Shown here piece by piece: positions 41,506-43,607 of a stretch of DNA of 43,607 nucleotides (position 1 is the stretch's first letter; every line of letters starts with the position of its first letter). A model generated the notes under the pieces. The model worked only from the letters and a program-made list of their open reading frames with translations, had not been told where the DNA came from and did not search any database. Both the position numbers and the translations under genes were made by a program. Origin of the DNA: a virus. The DNA lies in IMG/VR virus record IMGVR_UViG_3300035156_000199; one strand, given 5' to 3'.

Positions 41506-41563
41506 CTCCGGGTGTGGGGAAGAACGGTGCGCCCTGTCACACCCGGAGCAGCAGGGCGCACCG
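41506..41563 (-). terminator. Two interleaved perfect stems (11 bp and 12 bp) downstream of the major tail gene; mutually exclusive hairpins or a pseudoknot
   Basis: Stem A pairs 41506-16 (ctccgggtgtg) with 41538-48. Stem B pairs 41525-36 (cggtgcgccctg) with 41552-63. Confidence 0.45.
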
Positions 41564-41574
41564 CATTCAGGGGG

Positions 41575-42246
41575 TTACGGGGTCGCGGTGGCCCCGAAGC
41601 CGAGGAGCGCCTTGTGCTTGAGGGCGCCGGTGCCGCCGAGGTAGTGGCGGCCGGGGGATCCGAGCTCGTCGTCGGTGAAGACGTTGAGGCCGAACTCGTG
41701 CTGTACGGCGCCTTCCTGGCCCCAGGTTTCGTCGCCCGAGGACGTGAGTTTGACCCGGCCGAAGCCGCGACCTTGGATCCAGTTCTCCAGGGCAGGCCCG
41801 TCGGCGCCGAGGACGACGAAGCGGTACTCCTCGTTGATGGGAAGGTCCGGCTCGTCCCAGACGATTTCGCCGGTCACGGGATCCTGCTCGACGCCGGTGA
41901 GGGCGACGCCGTACTTCAGCTCGAGCAGGTGGCGCTTGCCGGACTCGAGTGCGGTGAAGTTGATGCCGCGCACCACGGTGTCGGTGTCGGTGCGGATCGC
42001 GGAGGTGTAGCCGAGGGCGTTGACGTCCGAGGTGCTGATCTCGCGGGTGAACGAGTAGCCATCGGGAGTGACGAGGCCGACCGGCTTGTAGCCGGCGGCC
42101 TTGAAGTCCATGATCGACCCGTTGGCACCGTAGATGCTCTCGGGGAGCTCGGCGGTGATCGGTGCGAGCATGCCGAGCGCGATCTGGATCTTCCGGACGA
42201 GACTCCGGCTGTCGGCTTCCTGCCGCAGTTCTTCGAGCGTAGGCAC
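41575..42246 (-). CDS. Major tail protein, 223 aa
   Basis: GTG start 6 nt after GAAAGGGG. Its position upstream of the chaperones and its size and sequence character are typical of actinophage major tail subunits. Confidence 0.75.
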   Translation of the reverse strand: MPTLEELRQEADSRSLVRKIQIALGMLAPITAELPESIYGANGSIMDFKAAGYKPVGLVTPDGYSFTREISTSDVNALGYTSAIRTDTDTVVRGINFTALESGKRHLLELKYGVALTGVEQDPVTGEIVWDEPDLPINEEYRFVVLGADGPALENWIQGRGFGRVKLTSSGDETWGQEGAVQHEFGLNVFTDDELGSPGRHYLGGTGALKHKALLGFGATATP

Positions 42247-42298
42247 AGTGGGCCCCTTTCGTGAGGGTGGAGCTGGGTTGGGATCCCCGGGAGTGGGG

Positions 42299-42700
42299 CT
42301 AGCTGACAGGCCGGGATGTCACGTCGAACGTGGCGAAGGCCTTGTTGAGGGTGTTGGTGTAGTAGACGTCGTCCGGGGTCGATGTGACCGCGATCTTGTC
42401 GAGGTAGCCGGAATCGGTCTCGATCGCGACGCCGCAGATCATCGCCTTGATCGATTCGAGGACGTCGCGGGCGAGGTTGCCCTCGGCGTAGCACTCGAGC
42501 GTGACCGGATCGACCCGGTCGAGGAAGCCCTCCGTGCCCGGGGCCGTGATGATCTGCACGAGGGGGAAGGGTCCGGCGAGCTTTCCCTCCTCGACCACGA
42601 GGTGCCAGACGCACGTGACCTCGCGACCGAGATGCTCCGTGCCGTCGATGAGGTCCTGTAGGCAGCTGCGGGCGTCGGGGAACACAAGCCCCCCACTCAC
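42299..42700 (-). CDS. Tail terminator-like protein, 133 aa
   Basis: GTGA-coupled and immediately upstream of the major tail gene. The call is based on position. Confidence 0.45.
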   Translation of the reverse strand: MSGGLVFPDARSCLQDLIDGTEHLGREVTCVWHLVVEEGKLAGPFPLVQIITAPGTEGFLDRVDPVTLECYAEGNLARDVLESIKAMICGVAIETDSGYLDKIAVTSTPDDVYYTNTLNKAFATFDVTSRPVS

Positions 42701-42996
42701 CTCCGGGCCCTCACCTTCATCTGCTCGGTGACCCTGATGAGGACCTTGTCGCGTGAGTCGCGCCAGTCCTTCTTTACCTCACGGGCGACGGCTCCGGCGC
42801 GGGCTTCGTTCTGCCAGCCCGCCCGGACGCTCTGGTTCTTGGCTACATACGACGACCGGCCACGCGCGGACGCCGCGCCGGCGATCTTCTGCGCGACCTT
42901 CAGGGACAGCGCGCCCATCCCCGGGCTCCGACCGATCTCGCTCAAGCCCTTGTTGCTCGGCCGGATGCGGACCTTGGCGGAAGGATCGTCTGCCAT
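42697..42996 (-). CDS. Head-tail joining (neck) protein, 99 aa
   Basis: TGATG-coupled. It reads MADDPSAKVRIRPSNKGLSEIGRSPGM... The call is based on position. Confidence 0.4.
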   Translation of the reverse strand: MADDPSAKVRIRPSNKGLSEIGRSPGMGALSLKVAQKIAGAASARGRSSYVAKNQSVRAGWQNEARAGAVAREVKKDWRDSRDKVLIRVTEQMKVRARR

Positions 42997-43337
42997 CAGG
43001 CCGCCCTCCTCAGCTTCAGCTCGACCGTGCCGGGCCACTCCGACGGGCGCCCGTCGACCTCCCACTCGCCAGCCATCCGCTGACCGACCGGAACGACGAT
43101 CCTGTCGGTCGACTCGAAGACGAACGGCCCGTCGTAATAGAGCAGCGCTGTGTCCTCGGGGACGTCCGACCGGTCCAGGCGCGGATCCGAGGCGTCCAGC
43201 GGCGTGACCTGACACTGGTCGACAGGCAGCTTCTCGACCCCGTTCGGATTGCCTCGAGCGTCGCGGCCGCCGCCGCGCTGCACCTCGACCGCCGTGCGGA
43301 GATCTTCGGTCAGGAACGTCTCACGGAAGAAGCTCAT
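42996..43337 (-). CDS. Head-tail adaptor / head closure protein, 113 aa
   Basis: TGATG-coupled at both ends. It reads MSFFRETFLTEDLRTAVEVQRGGGRDARGNP...TALLYYDGPF... The call is based on position and size. Confidence 0.45.
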   Translation of the reverse strand: MSFFRETFLTEDLRTAVEVQRGGGRDARGNPNGVEKLPVDQCQVTPLDASDPRLDRSDVPEDTALLYYDGPFVFESTDRIVVPVGQRMAGEWEVDGRPSEWPGTVELKLRRAA

Positions 43338-43607
43338 CAGTACCGCCCCTCCTTGTGCCGGAAGATCTGGTCGAAGCCGCCCGAACGCGGGAACGAACCG
43401 CGAGGGATAGGCCCGCCGCCGCCTGGTTCGAAGACCTTGACCATCCAGTCTTCGAAAGCGATCAGCTGTTGACGTCCCGCCTGAAGAGTGACCGCCTGTG
43501 ACAGGGGCCCCCGGGTCTCCGACCACGACCTGGCGCCACGGACAGGAGCGCCGTCGACGATGCCGAGGACCATCTGTACGACGACGTCGCTGACGTTCTC
43601 CATGGAC
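43337..43607 (-). CDS. Head-tail connector (gp6-like), C-terminal part of the junction-spanning ORF (see 1-285)
   Basis: ...VTLQAGRQQLIAFEDWMVKVFEPGGGGPIPRGSFPRSGGFDQIFRHKEGRY*. Nt 43481-43607 duplicate nt 1-127. Confidence 0.55.
   Translation of the reverse strand, partial: SMENVSDVVVQMVLGIVDGAPVRGARSWSETRGPLSQAVTLQAGRQQLIAFEDWMVKVFEPGGGGPIPRGSFPRSGGFDQIFRHKEGRY
43481..43607. repeat. Terminal overlap copy 2 (identical to 1-127)
   Basis: Exact 127-nt identity with the window start. Confidence 0.97.

Larger units (their letters stand above)
1..43607. mobile_element. Complete circularly closed temperate siphovirus-like (actinobacteriophage-type) genome; unique length 43480 bp
   Basis: Packaging, head, tail, lysis, early and repressor-attP-integrase modules are all present. 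Nt 1-127 equal nt 43481-43607, so the contig closes on itself. G+C is very high and genes are tightly coupled. Confidence 0.85.

Overview
The window is one complete, circularly closed genome. Nt 1-127 are identical to nt 43481-43607, so the unique length is 43,480 bp. It is a very high-G+C temperate siphovirus-type phage, most likely an actinobacteriophage or excised prophage from an assembly. About 65 genes are present and all but four lie on the minus strand. They are packed almost without spacers and are often translationally coupled through ATGA, GTGA or TGATG stop/start overlaps. The ORF track writes GTG/TTG starts as M, and many track ORFs carry spurious Arg/Pro-rich 5' extensions, so I trimmed those to SD-supported or coupled starts. 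Minus-strand order, from high to low coordinates: (1) An early arm (22021 to 7600) holds a Cro/Xis-like HTH, HNH-like proteins, an orphan ParB-like protein, many small Cys/His-rich proteins, VRR-NUC, a P-loop NTPase and two HNH endonucleases. (2) A 249-bp gene-free stretch (7351-7599) is the probable cos/packaging region. (3) The packaging and head genes follow: an IstA-N-like HTH, TerS (P27-like), TerL, portal, ClpP-like protease/scaffold, decoration protein, major capsid and connectors, one of which spans the artificial junction. (4) The tail genes follow: major tail, G/GT chaperones with a -1 frameshift, a 1715-aa tape measure carrying a metzincin motif, Dit, a Gp37-like protein and a minor tail protein. 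(5) Then come membrane proteins, split endolysins (amidase plus M23) and a 2-TM holin-like protein. (6) Last are four fibre/depolymerase genes (beta-helix, SGNH esterase) ending at a strong hairpin (24204-24236). The plus strand carries an XRE repressor, a small coupled ORF, a tyrosine integrase and one cargo ORF. The most notable feature is an attP-like 3' half of tRNA-Lys(CUU) inside the repressor ORF, between its HTH and the integrase. This matches the integration-dependent immunity architecture. Other points of interest: two unrelated adjacent proteins share a C-terminal octapeptide conserved by synonymous-only changes; a structured repeat/G4/hairpin cluster sits in the 3' end of an HNH-domain gene; there are tandem Cys-rich paralogs and degenerate HNH modules; overlapping 11-12-bp stems follow the major tail gene; and one 370-bp stretch has no clean ORF. 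I saw no DNA polymerase, primase/helicase or recombinase. All functional calls rest on motif recognition by eye; no searches were run.
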